Below are positions 36,627-46,205 of a stretch of DNA of 64,000 bases, piece after piece. Location: positions 818,703-882,702 of the forward strand of contig JBBAKX010000001.1 in assembly GCA_040403315.1 (NCBI GenBank), written 5' to 3'. Made by a program: the position numbers and the translations under genes. How positions within the stretch are numbered: the first letter of the stretch is position 1; each line of letters begins with the position of its first letter. The notes under the pieces were generated by a model. The model saw only the letters and a program-made list of their open reading frames with translations. It ran no database searches and had not been told where the DNA came from. The DNA comes from Flavobacteriales bacterium. GTDB lineage: Bacteria; Bacteroidota; Bacteroidia; M30B66.

Positions 36627-38426
36627 ATGAAAAATATTATCCTTCTTTTTATTGTACTATTTTCTATTCAACTTTCTGCTCAACGCAATTGCGGAACGGT
36701 TCAATACCTGAAAGATAAACAAATGCAAGATCCAGGTATAGAATCCCGCATGCAACTTATGAATCAACAAATTCAGCAGATTACGACCTCTAAAGACGGA
36801 AAAACTAGCCGAAATGTAATCCGCATTCCAGTTGTTGTTCATGTGGTTTACAAACTAACAGTTCAGAATATTTCAGACGCGCAAATTCAGTCGCAAATCG
36901 ACGTGCTAAACGAAGATTACAAAAGACTCAATCCTGACGCCTCTCAGGTTCCTCCACCATACGAACCTTTGGCAGCCAATTGTGAAATTGAATTTTGTCT
37001 AGCAAGCCGAGATCCAAATGGGCAAGCAACCAATGGAATTACGCGCACACTGACTACCGCAAACACCTTTTCAATTAACGACGCTGTAAAAAGATCTGTT
37101 ACCGGAGGAAAGGACGCTTGGCCAACTGATAAATACTTGAACATCTGGGTATGTAATCTCTCGAACCCTTTGTTAGGATTTGCTACACTTCCGGGAACGG
37201 TGAATGCCAGTTTGGATGGCGTCGTAATCGCATATAAATATTTTGGTCGCATTGGAAGCGTTGAATCTCCTTACAACAAAGGAAGAACGGCTACTCATGA
37301 AGTAGGTCATTGGCTCAATCTTCTTCATATCTGGGGTGATGATGAAGGTTCTGTTGATGCATGCGCAGGAACCGACCAAGTAAACGACACGCCCAATCAA
37401 GAGGATGAGAATTATGGTTGTCCTACTTTCCCTCAAGAGTCGTGCAGTAACGATGGCGATATGTCGATGAATTACATGGATTATGTGAATGATGCCTGCA
37501 TGTATATGTTCACCACCGGTCAAGGAGAAAGAATGCGAACTACAGTGGAAAATTTTAGAAGCGGATTGCTTACTTCCAGTGGATGTTTAACCGCATTGGC
37601 ACCGTCCGACTGCGACACATTGAACAACATAACTGGAGGTGATGGATTAGTGTATTACTCTATAAATGAAGTATTGCCTGAAGAAACAGGCTACTTAACA
37701 GGAACCAGTAGTTTGGGATACAAAGCCTTTGCAGAAAAATTCAATTCGCCCGAAGATCAAATTATCAATAGCCTGAGGTTCGACTTTGCAATAGCATCTG
37801 CACAAAACCCAAATACATTGATTACAGCAGTAGTATGGGATGCAAGCGGCCCTGGTGGCGGCCCCGGGAATTCTTTACAGGAAAGCACATTTGCACTCAG
37901 CGATGTGATTGTGAATGTAGACAATTTTACTTTCACAGATGTGTATTTCCCGAATCCACCTGTAGTAAACGGAGATTATTATGTAGGTTTTATCCTAAGT
38001 GCGACGGTAGGCGATACCCTTGCAATTTATTCCAATCAAATCGACAAAGTGAATACCAATACTGCATGGTGCAGAGATGCAGCAGGATTATGGTATGAAT
38101 ACAGTGATCAAACTTCATTTGGTCAGGCTATTTCATTGGCTGTGCGTCCTATTCAGTGTATTCCTGTGGCTGTAGAGAAGATAAAACCAATGGCGTTGAA
38201 GGTCTATCCAAATCCAAGCGATCAATTGATAAATATTGTTGCAGGTGATGGTCCGAAGTCTTGGACGCTCTTGTCTGCAGATGGCCGTTTGGTGAATGAA
38301 GGTGCAGTTTCCAATCTTGTTGAATTCCAAATTTCGACAGCCTCAATTCCTTCCGGCGTTTATTTTTTAAGGTTGCAGGAATCGAATGATGTGAAAGTTG
38401 TTCGAATTCTAATTTCGCACCCTTAA
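36627..38426 (+). CDS. M43-family (pappalysin/cytophagalysin-like) zinc metalloprotease with a type-A T9SS C-terminal domain
   Basis: Signal peptide, metzincin motif HEVGHWLNLLHIWGDD (HExxHxxxxxH), and the C-terminal domain LKVYPNPSDQLINIV...SGVYFLRL. Confidence 0.85.
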   Translation: MKNIILLFIVLFSIQLSAQRNCGTVQYLKDKQMQDPGIESRMQLMNQQIQQITTSKDGKTSRNVIRIPVVVHVVYKLTVQNISDAQIQSQIDVLNEDYKRLNPDASQVPPPYEPLAANCEIEFCLASRDPNGQATNGITRTLTTANTFSINDAVKRSVTGGKDAWPTDKYLNIWVCNLSNPLLGFATLPGTVNASLDGVVIAYKYFGRIGSVESPYNKGRTATHEVGHWLNLLHIWGDDEGSVDACAGTDQVNDTPNQEDENYGCPTFPQESCSNDGDMSMNYMDYVNDACMYMFTTGQGERMRTTVENFRSGLLTSSGCLTALAPSDCDTLNNITGGDGLVYYSINEVLPEETGYLTGTSSLGYKAFAEKFNSPEDQIINSLRFDFAIASAQNPNTLITAVVWDASGPGGGPGNSLQESTFALSDVIVNVDNFTFTDVYFPNPPVVNGDYYVGFILSATVGDTLAIYSNQIDKVNTNTAWCRDAAGLWYEYSDQTSFGQAISLAVRPIQCIPVAVEKIKPMALKVYPNPSDQLINIVAGDGPKSWTLLSADGRLVNEGAVSNLVEFQISTASIPSGVYFLRLQESNDVKVVRILISHP

Positions 38427-38466
38427 ATTCTCCTAGAATCAGAACCCAAAGGTGATTTGCTTGTTG

Positions 38467-38474
38467 TACTTTTG
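38467..38474 (+). promoter_or_regulatory. Putative -7 box (TACTTTTG) for the MqnE-like gene
   Basis: TACTTTTGcaggtatcaacATG, with 11 nt between the box and the ATG. Confidence 0.4.
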
Positions 38475-38485
38475 CAGGTATCAAC

Positions 38486-39646
38486 ATGGATATATTATCA
38501 CTTCTCGCTAAGACTAGCGTACCAACAGCGTTGCTCGACATAGCCAACAAAGCACTTTCAGGGAAACGCATCTCTACCAACGAAGGAGAACTTTTGTTTG
38601 AACAAGGTTCTCTAGGTTTTTTAGGATTGATTGCTGATGCAATTAGAACTGAAAAGCACGGGCAGTATGTGTATTTCAATAGAAATTTTCACATCGAGCC
38701 AACCAATATTTGCGTATTCGATTGCAAATTCTGTTCATACTCGCGGCTGTTAAAGCACCGCCAAGACGGCTGGGAATTGAATGAAGAGGAAATTCTCAAC
38801 ATTGTTAGATCCTACGTTGGAAAGCCAGTTACTGAAGTTCACATAGTTGGTGGAGTGCATCCCAAAATGGGTTTGATGTATTTCGCCAATCTGATTAAAA
38901 AGGTAAAGGAAATTCTGCCTGAAATTCATGTGAAAGCTTTCACAGCTGTAGAGTTGGAATACATGTGCAGAAAGGCAGGGGTTGATTTTGCTGAGGGATT
39001 GAAAATACTCAAAGACCATGGGCAAAATTCTCTTCCTGGTGGTGGTGCTGAAATTTTCGACGAAGCCATTCGTGCTGAAATTTGTGGCGATAAGTGTACC
39101 TCGGAACAATGGCTCGACATTCATCGAACCGCCCACAAGCTAGGGATGCCCTCGAATGCAACTATGCTTTATGGGCATGTTGAAACTTATGCGCATAGAA
39201 TCGATCACATGAATCGTTTGCGCAATCTGCAAGATGAAACGGGCGGATTCAATACTTTTATCCCCCTAAAATTCCGCAACCAAGGAAATCAAATGAGCCA
39301 TATAGGCGAGGTTTCGGTAATCGAAGACTTAAAAAACTATGCAGTTTCAAGAATCTTCATGGATAATTTTCCACATCTTAAGGCATATTGGCCAATGATC
39401 GGTCGTTCTGTTGCTCAATTGTCTTTGGCATATGGAGTAAACGATATCGACGGAACCATCGATGATACCACCAAAATTTACACAATGGCTGGATCGGAAG
39501 AACAAAGTCCTTCGTTAAGTACTTCACAATTGGTGGATCTAATCAACCAAGCAGGAAAAACTCCTGTTGAAAGGGATACTTTGTATAATTTTATCCGAAA
39601 CTACAAGGATCAACCTTTATCTCCTGAAGTTGAATTAATTTCTTGA
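38486..39646 (+). CDS. mqnE: Radical SAM enzyme of the MqnE/MqnC family (probably aminofutalosine synthase, futalosine route to menaquinone)
   Basis: 386-aa ORF with the cluster motif NICVFDCKFCSY and the family-typical ...VHIVGGVHP..., ...LPGGGAEIF... and ...YGHVET.. blocks. MqnE cannot be told from MqnC without an HMM. Confidence 0.7.
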   Translation: MDILSLLAKTSVPTALLDIANKALSGKRISTNEGELLFEQGSLGFLGLIADAIRTEKHGQYVYFNRNFHIEPTNICVFDCKFCSYSRLLKHRQDGWELNEEEILNIVRSYVGKPVTEVHIVGGVHPKMGLMYFANLIKKVKEILPEIHVKAFTAVELEYMCRKAGVDFAEGLKILKDHGQNSLPGGGAEIFDEAIRAEICGDKCTSEQWLDIHRTAHKLGMPSNATMLYGHVETYAHRIDHMNRLRNLQDETGGFNTFIPLKFRNQGNQMSHIGEVSVIEDLKNYAVSRIFMDNFPHLKAYWPMIGRSVAQLSLAYGVNDIDGTIDDTTKIYTMAGSEEQSPSLSTSQLVDLINQAGKTPVERDTLYNFIRNYKDQPLSPEVELIS

Positions 39647-39655
39647 TGTTACGTT

Positions 39656-40159
39656 ATGTTTAAATCTGAAGCAGCCGGTAAAGTATTTGAAATTGAGTTT
39701 GGTAAACAGTTTTCCAATGGGAAGGTTAACCAACAAGAATTTGAATGGGATATTTTAAAAACAGGCCCTTCGACTTACAACATTATCAAGAACAATAATT
39801 CTTTCAATGTGATCGTAGAGTCATTTGATCCTCAATCAAATCTCTTTCAATTAAAGGTTAACGGTAATTCGATTTCTGTGAAAACGCTTGATCGAATGCA
39901 GATCCTTTTGCAATCGATGGGATTGGATACTACAACGAGTCGAAAGCTCAACGAAATCAAAGCGCCGATGCCAGGTTTGGTTGTCCGTATAACAGTTGAG
40001 GAAGGTGCCGAAGTAAAAAAAGGCGACAGCCTACTTGTGCTTGAAGCCATGAAAATGGAGAACGTAATAAAAGCACTAGGAGATGCGGTTATTGGCAAAA
40101 TAAAAGTGAACGCTGGTCAGGCGGTTGAAAAAAATCAAATACTGATTTCGTTCAATTAA
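39656..40159 (+). CDS. Biotin carboxyl carrier (biotinyl-domain) protein
   Basis: The C-terminal ~70 aa form a biotinyl/lipoyl domain with the biotinylation motif EAMKMEN. The N-terminal ~90 aa are of unknown function. Confidence 0.8.
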   Translation: MFKSEAAGKVFEIEFGKQFSNGKVNQQEFEWDILKTGPSTYNIIKNNNSFNVIVESFDPQSNLFQLKVNGNSISVKTLDRMQILLQSMGLDTTTSRKLNEIKAPMPGLVVRITVEEGAEVKKGDSLLVLEAMKMENVIKALGDAVIGKIKVNAGQAVEKNQILISFN

Positions 40160-40162
40160 TAT

Positions 40163-41185
40163 TTATTTCCCAATCGAGAATTGCTTTAGAAATCTGAGAT
40201 CGTTTTGCGAAAAGAAACGCAAATCCTTCACTTGATATTTTAAGATTGCGATGCGTTCAATCCCCATTCCAAGAGCGAACCCTGTAAATTTTTCTGGGTC
40301 TATATTGCAATTCTTCAAAACATTTGGATGAACCATTCCACATCCTAGAATTTCCACCCATCCTGAGTATTTGCAAATATTACAACCCTTACCGCTGCAT
40401 ACAGTGCAGGAAATATCCATCTCTGCCGAAGGTTCGGTGAAAGGAAAATACGATGGGCGCAAGCGAATTTTGGTTTCTGTTCCAAACATTTCACGAGCAA
40501 AATGCAGCAAGGTTTGCTTCAAGTCGGCAAACGATACATTCTCATCTATGTAAAGCGCTTCTACTTGGTGGAAGAAGCAATGTGCGCGAGCCGAAACAGC
40601 TTCGTTTCTGTAAACACGACCCGGCATAATCATTCGAAACGGCGGTTTGTTTCGTTCCATCATCCGAATTTGCACCGAAGAAGTGTGAGTTCGGAGTGCC
40701 ATTTCAGGAGCTCGGTCAATGAAAAAGGTATCCTGCATATCGCGTGCAGGATGTTCTTCTGGAAAATTTAGAGCACTGAAGTTATGCCAATCGTCTTCAA
40801 TTTCAGGGCCTTCTGCAACCGTAAAGCCTAAGCGGTTAAATACTTCTCGAATTTCGTCAGATACAATCGATAATGGGTGTCTATTGCCTGAAGGGAAAGG
40901 AATACCAGGAGCACTGAAATCGATAGTTTCACCTTCCGTAATTTGATTTTCACTTAATTCTTTGGCTTCTTTCCAAATTGCTTCAGCGCGTTGCTTAAGG
41001 ATATTGAGCAGCCTACCAATTTCCTTTCGGTCTTCAGGTTGAACATCTTTAAAACGATCAAACAGTGCAGGTACAATCCCTTTTTTACTTAAGTAAGTTT
41101 GACGAAATTTCTCAGCACTTTCGGCATTTTTCGGTTTGATGTTCTCAATTTCTGCGGCAATGCCTGCAATTTCTTCCTGAAGCAT
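40163..41185 (-). CDS. pheS: Phenylalanine--tRNA ligase alpha subunit
   Basis: Class II motifs (...HPARDMQDTFF..., ...PGRVYRNE..., ...GFALGMGIERIA). Start taken at ATG 41185 (the track start at 41206 is a TTG). Confidence 0.95.
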   Translation of the reverse strand: MLQEEIAGIAAEIENIKPKNAESAEKFRQTYLSKKGIVPALFDRFKDVQPEDRKEIGRLLNILKQRAEAIWKEAKELSENQITEGETIDFSAPGIPFPSGNRHPLSIVSDEIREVFNRLGFTVAEGPEIEDDWHNFSALNFPEEHPARDMQDTFFIDRAPEMALRTHTSSVQIRMMERNKPPFRMIMPGRVYRNEAVSARAHCFFHQVEALYIDENVSFADLKQTLLHFAREMFGTETKIRLRPSYFPFTEPSAEMDISCTVCSGKGCNICKYSGWVEILGCGMVHPNVLKNCNIDPEKFTGFALGMGIERIAILKYQVKDLRFFSQNDLRFLKQFSIGK

Positions 41186-41203
41186 ACTAATTGTTAGTGA
41201 GCG

Positions 41204-41211
41204 CAAATATA
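41204..41211 (-). promoter_or_regulatory. Putative -7 box (TATATTTG) for pheS
   Basis: The minus strand reads TATATTTGcgc..., 18 nt upstream of ATG 41185. Confidence 0.4.
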
Positions 41212-41291
41212 AATAAATTGAAAAGGTCCTCGGGATTGAAACATCAGATGTTATTCTCCGTTTAGATTTGAAAGGGCAAACAAAATATTTG

Positions 41292-41299
41292 TACTTTTG
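41292..41299 (+). promoter_or_regulatory. Putative -7 box (TACTTTTG) for the small lipoprotein gene
   Basis: Exact TAnnTTTG match 20 nt upstream of ATG 41320. Confidence 0.4.
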
Positions 41300-41319
41300 A
41301 AACTTACAGACTTAATCAG

Positions 41320-41691
41320 ATGAAACTGACATTCAGAAATTCTGCCATCATTTCCTTCGCAATGTTTACTGTTTTAGTGTTCTCCTGCAAATCGGAAGAC
41401 CAAACATGCTCTGCCGTAATTAAAGTGGTACGTGCAAATGGCGGTCCTGCAACTTCTGCTAAAGTGAAACTAACATCTAATTGGGGGCTTTCTCAAAAAG
41501 GAGAAATCGCAGATTTTCTGTCAAATTCAGAGAACACCAAACTCACAGATGGGAATGGAACTGCAACTTTCACTTTTAAAAATCCTGCAATATTGGATGT
41601 AGAGGTAACGCACATTTCTTATGGTAATGCGAGCGATTTAATCAAGCTCGAACCAGGCGAAACCGTATCAAAGACTATTATTGTTCAGTAG
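41320..41691 (+). CDS. Small lipoprotein with an Ig-like/carboxypeptidase-regulatory-like beta-sandwich, tentative
   Basis: 123-aa ORF with lipobox VLVFSC. The body (VIKVV..NGGPATSAKVKL...TDGNGTATFTF) resembles CarboxypepD_reg-type domains. Confidence 0.5.
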   Translation: MKLTFRNSAIISFAMFTVLVFSCKSEDQTCSAVIKVVRANGGPATSAKVKLTSNWGLSQKGEIADFLSNSENTKLTDGNGTATFTFKNPAILDVEVTHISYGNASDLIKLEPGETVSKTIIVQ

Positions 41692-42055
41692 GAAAGTAAT
41701 CAGAAAAATAATCTATAATAGATTGTTTCATTAAAAAACTTTGTTGCCCAGGCTTCAATGGTGGAAGATTTTCTACTGTTGACCAATGCGGGTATCCATC
41801 TTCATCTTGACCTTCGAATTTATAATAGCCGTAAGGTTCTAATAATGTGCATATGGCTATATGCAGCACTTCAAGTTTTTGGTCCTTGTTGAATTTCCGA
41901 TATCCTTTACCAAGTTCCTGAACTCCAATAAGCATCAGCACAGCCTGTAAGTCTAATCCGTCTCCGAATTGAACTTCTAAATTGAGGATCAGCTTTTTCC
42001 ACTGATCCTCAATTTCATGCAATGATGAAGGGCTTTCAGAAATCCTGATATCCAT
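41678..42055 (-). CDS. Small acidic protein of unknown function with no signal peptide, translationally coupled to the upstream M43 protease gene
   Basis: 125-aa ORF. Its ATG (42055-42053) overlaps the protease stop codon (TAATG). The N-terminus is hydrophilic and the protein carries a net negative charge (about 20 D/E versus about 11 K/R by eye). Confidence 0.6.
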   Translation of the reverse strand: MDIRISESPSSLHEIEDQWKKLILNLEVQFGDGLDLQAVLMLIGVQELGKGYRKFNKDQKLEVLHIAICTLLEPYGYYKFEGQDEDGYPHWSTVENLPPLKPGQQSFLMKQSIIDYFSDYFPTEQ

Positions 42056-44166
42056 TAGTTACAAATCCATTTTCTGGTTTTGCTGTAGTTGCCTGATTCA
42101 ATTCTGATCAAATAAGCTCCAGCACTTAAGTTACGGCCACTTGCTTCAATCAAATTGAAAGTATAGTCTCCTGCACCAAGATTTTCTTTACTCATGCTTC
42201 CAATCAACTTCCCAGTTAAATCAGTAACACTTATTGTTACATTTCCTTGACGAAGTAAGCCAACACTTATGGTTGCATCACCATTGCCCGGATTTGGGAA
42301 AACTTGAGTCATATAATCATCCAAAGAGATATCTTCCAAACCTACTGGTTGATTCAAAATATTGATGTCTTCCAAGAAGATACTATTTCCTGCACTGTCG
42401 GAAACTACAAACTTCACCATACCATTGTTCTGACCTGCAAGCGCTGAAACACTTACTGTTTCAGTTCTCCATTGATCAGAAGTAGGGACGAATGTGCCTG
42501 AAATTGTTTGTCCTGAAGCCAAAGTAGATAAGGCTGTTCCTGCTTTAGCGTATCGCAACGACCAAGTACGACCACAATTATTCGACACATAAATCTCCAT
42601 ACGGTCATTTGTAGTTGTGCTTTTACGCGCATAAGCTAGTTTGAACGTAATGTTAGCAGGAGATGAAGTTCCTGACATATTAATGATCGGAGAGATCAAT
42701 TCGGTGCGGCTGCCAGTGGCAATTGGGTTGTTGTTATAGCGAATACTAGCGCTTCCAGTTACAGAGGCAAGAGTGGTGCGCTCGAAAGCTGTAGAAGTTC
42801 CAACAACAGACCAATTGTTAAATGGATCAGAACTAATATTTGGGAATGCGGCATCCTCAAAACTTTCTACAAATGGAGAGCTGATAGTTGGATTTAATGG
42901 CCTTACTGTGATAAAACTATTTTTAGTTCTTGCGTTGCTTCCTGTCGAGTTGCTAACAGTTAATGTAACTGGATATATACCTGGCTCAGCATATTGAATT
43001 ACTGGATTTTGTGCATTTGAAGTCGCAGTTGTAGCGCCAGGGAAAGACCAAGACCATGTCCAAGTAGCATCAACTGTAGCATTATAGCTTTCATCTGTAA
43101 ATGTTAGGTTCGTATTTGTGCAAACAACATTTGTACTTGAGGAGAAGTCCGCCAATGGCGCACAAACTGGTGCTGTAGTATTTACCCCAGTTGCAATGAG
43201 ATTGGCAGATGACCATAAGTTATTTCTTTGTCCGGCGGTTGCATTAAGAGCTGCATTCATTCTTGTGCACTGGCCTGCAGAAAACATGATAGCACAGTTT
43301 GCATAATCCATGAAATTCTGAACATTATTAAGCGTGCCGCAAGTTACTTGAGCAAGATTGCAACTTTGATCTGCAACCCCAATTGTGTTTGGTGTGTCTG
43401 TTACGCCGTCATCTTGGTTGCAGTTGTCCGCTAAACCTGGATTGTTGCTCGGCCCCCAAGTATGGTTGAGGTTAAACCAATGTCCGATTTCATGTGGCAA
43501 TGTGCGGCTAGCAAAATTCCCACCGTTTGATGTTCCGATTCCTCCCAATTGGGTGTGTGTAACAATAATACCATCGTATGTAGCGCTAGGAGCATTTCCC
43601 GGACGGTAAGCATATCCTCCAACTTGGTCGCCTGATTCCAAAATCACATCGGCAACAATCCATACGTTGAGGTATTTGTTTCTTGGCCATGAAATGAGGT
43701 CTTTCACATTGTCGTTACCATTGTAAGTTAACGTAGAAACGGTTCTTGTAATCCCATCGGTGCAATTTCCATTGGGGTCTTTGCGAGCCAAACGAAATTC
43801 AACTTGTGCGTCTCCAAGAATCCCCTCAAATTCAGGAATAACCTCGTTTTGATCGGTATTTAAAAGTTGGAAATCTTCATTGATTATTCTTACAGCATCT
43901 TCAACTTGTTCTCTTGAAATGTTTTCAGATCCATAATTGTGAATAATGTGAAACACAATAGGAATCACTTTAAGAACTGAACGATCAGCAGCATCGGGAG
44001 CATATTGCTCGGTAAAGGCTTCCAATTCTTCTTGTGCAACGCGCAATTCTGGATGGTTCATTAAAGCAGCATCATTCATAATGTGCGAACCACATCGTTG
44101 AATTTGCTGACCAAATGATGTTAAAGATGCGATAGCGATCGCTAATGTAAAGTAGAGTTTACGCAT
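42055..44166 (-). CDS. M43-family zinc metalloprotease with a PKD domain and a type-A T9SS C-terminal domain
   Basis: Signal peptide, HEIGHWFNLNHTWG (HExxHxxxxxH), a PKD-like region (...TFTDES...WSFPGATT...GIYPVTLTVSN), and the C-terminal domain QVFPNPGNGDATISV...AGAYLIRI. Confidence 0.85.
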   Translation of the reverse strand: MRKLYFTLAIAIASLTSFGQQIQRCGSHIMNDAALMNHPELRVAQEELEAFTEQYAPDAADRSVLKVIPIVFHIIHNYGSENISREQVEDAVRIINEDFQLLNTDQNEVIPEFEGILGDAQVEFRLARKDPNGNCTDGITRTVSTLTYNGNDNVKDLISWPRNKYLNVWIVADVILESGDQVGGYAYRPGNAPSATYDGIIVTHTQLGGIGTSNGGNFASRTLPHEIGHWFNLNHTWGPSNNPGLADNCNQDDGVTDTPNTIGVADQSCNLAQVTCGTLNNVQNFMDYANCAIMFSAGQCTRMNAALNATAGQRNNLWSSANLIATGVNTTAPVCAPLADFSSSTNVVCTNTNLTFTDESYNATVDATWTWSWSFPGATTATSNAQNPVIQYAEPGIYPVTLTVSNSTGSNARTKNSFITVRPLNPTISSPFVESFEDAAFPNISSDPFNNWSVVGTSTAFERTTLASVTGSASIRYNNNPIATGSRTELISPIINMSGTSSPANITFKLAYARKSTTTNDRMEIYVSNNCGRTWSLRYAKAGTALSTLASGQTISGTFVPTSDQWRTETVSVSALAGQNNGMVKFVVSDSAGNSIFLEDINILNQPVGLEDISLDDYMTQVFPNPGNGDATISVGLLRQGNVTISVTDLTGKLIGSMSKENLGAGDYTFNLIEASGRNLSAGAYLIRIESGNYSKTRKWICN

Positions 44167-44212
44167 GGTTGATGGTTGGCGTATTTTTTTAAAACGGTCG
44201 CTAAGATAACAA

Positions 44213-44947
44213 TTAAATAGCTGTTAGGTTTCCTGTTGAATTAGATATTTCTTTGATCAACATTCGTTTTGCAATGGGTAAATAGGTTTCTTCCACTGGA
44301 ATATTTAAGGTGCAACTGAAAAAGTAGGTAGCAGGATTTGGAATTTCCTTGTTGTTCCTAATTAAATCAGCTTTTATCTCAGGTGCAGTATTTGCCAATG
44401 TGGAGGAATATTTTGCTATTTCTTTGGTATGAATAGCTCTAAATTTTTCAGCGTCATTCTCGAAAATACTTACAGCATATTCATAAACTCGAATCTCAGA
44501 CGGCTGGTTTAATTTCAGAATCATATAACCTTCATTTTGCCGAAGTGGCACCAATCCAATCGGTTCTAGTTTCAATTGATTCTCTATTTTTTCATAAACA
44601 GACTTTCCAATATTGAGCTGGATTTCCAATTTCGGCAATGAAAAACTGATAATTTTTTCCAACTCATCCATCAGCTGATCATTTTCGACAACACTTCTGT
44701 ACGATAATTTGAAGTGCTCAAAATCCAATCCTGCTAACTGCCCTGGAAACGATTGATACAGTTGATCAGTGCTATCTCTTACCGACTTTAGTTTTCTATA
44801 ATGGCTAATTAATTCCGCTAAGCTGGGATAGAGTAACTGTTGTTTAAACTGTTGTTCAACATCTTCAAGATAAGCCAACAGTATATATTGCTTATATTCG
44901 AGATCAATTAGGTTCTCAGTGAGCCAATTTTCGCTAAGTTTTTTCAT
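44213..44947 (-). CDS. Hypothetical cytoplasmic protein (no recognisable motif)
   Basis: 244-aa ORF with coding-like composition and no signal peptide. Preceded by A-rich sequence and a G6 run. Confidence 0.55.
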   Translation of the reverse strand: MKKLSENWLTENLIDLEYKQYILLAYLEDVEQQFKQQLLYPSLAELISHYRKLKSVRDSTDQLYQSFPGQLAGLDFEHFKLSYRSVVENDQLMDELEKIISFSLPKLEIQLNIGKSVYEKIENQLKLEPIGLVPLRQNEGYMILKLNQPSEIRVYEYAVSIFENDAEKFRAIHTKEIAKYSSTLANTAPEIKADLIRNNKEIPNPATYFFSCTLNIPVEETYLPIAKRMLIKEISNSTGNLTAI

Positions 44948-45095
44948 CCCCCCAATTATTTATCTATTTAACGACTGGCCTACTTTTAAGTTGCACGACA
45001 TCATTTTCCAGTTTCGAGATGATTACTCGACAATGTCAACCGTATTATGTTTATTTCTTGTAGGATTGTGCTTAATTAAAGCCTTGGTTTATCGG

Positions 45096-45103
45096 TAGGT
45101 TTG
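45096..45103 (+). promoter_or_regulatory. Putative -7 box (TAGGTTTG) for the OmpA-like lipoprotein gene
   Basis: Exact TAnnTTTG match 17 nt upstream of ATG 45121. Confidence 0.35.
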
Positions 45104-45120
45104 TATCATTATTTTAAGTT

Positions 45121-46146
45121 ATGATCAAGAAAACAGGTTACTTTTTAGGAATTTTCGTGCTTTTAATTTTGCAGGCATGTGTTAGTGGGCGTCAATTTGA
45201 AGAAATGAAAGCTGCCAGAGAAAAATGCGATAGCGAACTGTCTGAATTGAAATCTCGCTACGAAACATTTAACGCAAAAGAAAAGGAGCTCAATGTTCGG
45301 GTTGATGAATTAGGTCGCCAACTAAAAGCGCTTACTTCAGATACCTCAAATCAAGGAAGATCGTTCAGAAGGTTAAATGTTGCCTATGAACGACTTAATG
45401 CGACTTACGATCAATTGCTTGAAAACAACAATAAGTTGATGGAAGGAAAAGACGCAGACAATAAAAAACTCATGGGGCAATATCAACTTACTCAGGAGGA
45501 GTTGCAGAAGAAGGAAGATAGGCTTAGAATTCTTGAAGCAGATCTAGATAAACGTTCAGCCGACATTCAGCGTTTAAGTATGGAAATGAAAGCTGCTGAG
45601 GAAGCAATAAAACTGAAAGAAGATCGTGTCAATGAATTAGAAAATGTACTTGCGGCAAAAGATTCAGCCATGAAGGAACTTCGAAACAAGGTGTCGGACG
45701 CTTTGTTAGGTTTTCAGGATAATGGACTATCTGTTAGCATGAAGAATGGAAAAGTTTACGTTTCTCTCGAAGAACGACTTTTGTTTGAATCTGGCAGCAC
45801 CGTGGTTGATGCTAAAGGTGTTGATGCTTTGAAAAAACTAGCTAAAGTGCTCGAGAAAGAAGCCGATATTTCGGTACTAATCGAAGGTCATACCGACAAT
45901 GTACCTATTAAAAGTGCTACTATTAAAGACAATTGGGATTTAAGTGTGCTCAGAGCAACGTCTATTCTTCGAATTATTGCCTCCAACTCGAAGGTAGATC
46001 CTAAACGACTTACCGCTGCTGGTCGTGGTGAATTTTTACCAATTGATAAAGCGAGTACGCCAGATGCACGCAAGAAAAACCGCCGAACTGAGATCATCTT
46101 AACACCTAATTTGGATGAACTCTTTCAATTAATCAACTCTAATTAG
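45121..46146 (+). CDS. OmpA/MotB-family lipoprotein with a long coiled-coil region
   Basis: Lipobox LILQAC, about 170 aa of heptad-like charged sequence, and a C-terminal OmpA_C domain (IEGHTDNVP...NWDLSVLRATSI...NRRTEI). Confidence 0.85.
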   Translation: MIKKTGYFLGIFVLLILQACVSGRQFEEMKAAREKCDSELSELKSRYETFNAKEKELNVRVDELGRQLKALTSDTSNQGRSFRRLNVAYERLNATYDQLLENNNKLMEGKDADNKKLMGQYQLTQEELQKKEDRLRILEADLDKRSADIQRLSMEMKAAEEAIKLKEDRVNELENVLAAKDSAMKELRNKVSDALLGFQDNGLSVSMKNGKVYVSLEERLLFESGSTVVDAKGVDALKKLAKVLEKEADISVLIEGHTDNVPIKSATIKDNWDLSVLRATSILRIIASNSKVDPKRLTAAGRGEFLPIDKASTPDARKKNRRTEIILTPNLDELFQLINSN

Positions 46147-46205
46147 TAAGCAACAAATTTCGTGATCTAGCCTCTCAAACTAGAAAAGAGGTCAATACAA
46201 TTTCA

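Noticed and set aside
38149-38679. 176-aa minus-strand ORF bridging the M43 protease 3' end, the intergenic region and the MqnE 5' end.
   Set aside because: It overlaps two well-supported plus-strand genes and a promoter-like region. It has no motifs.
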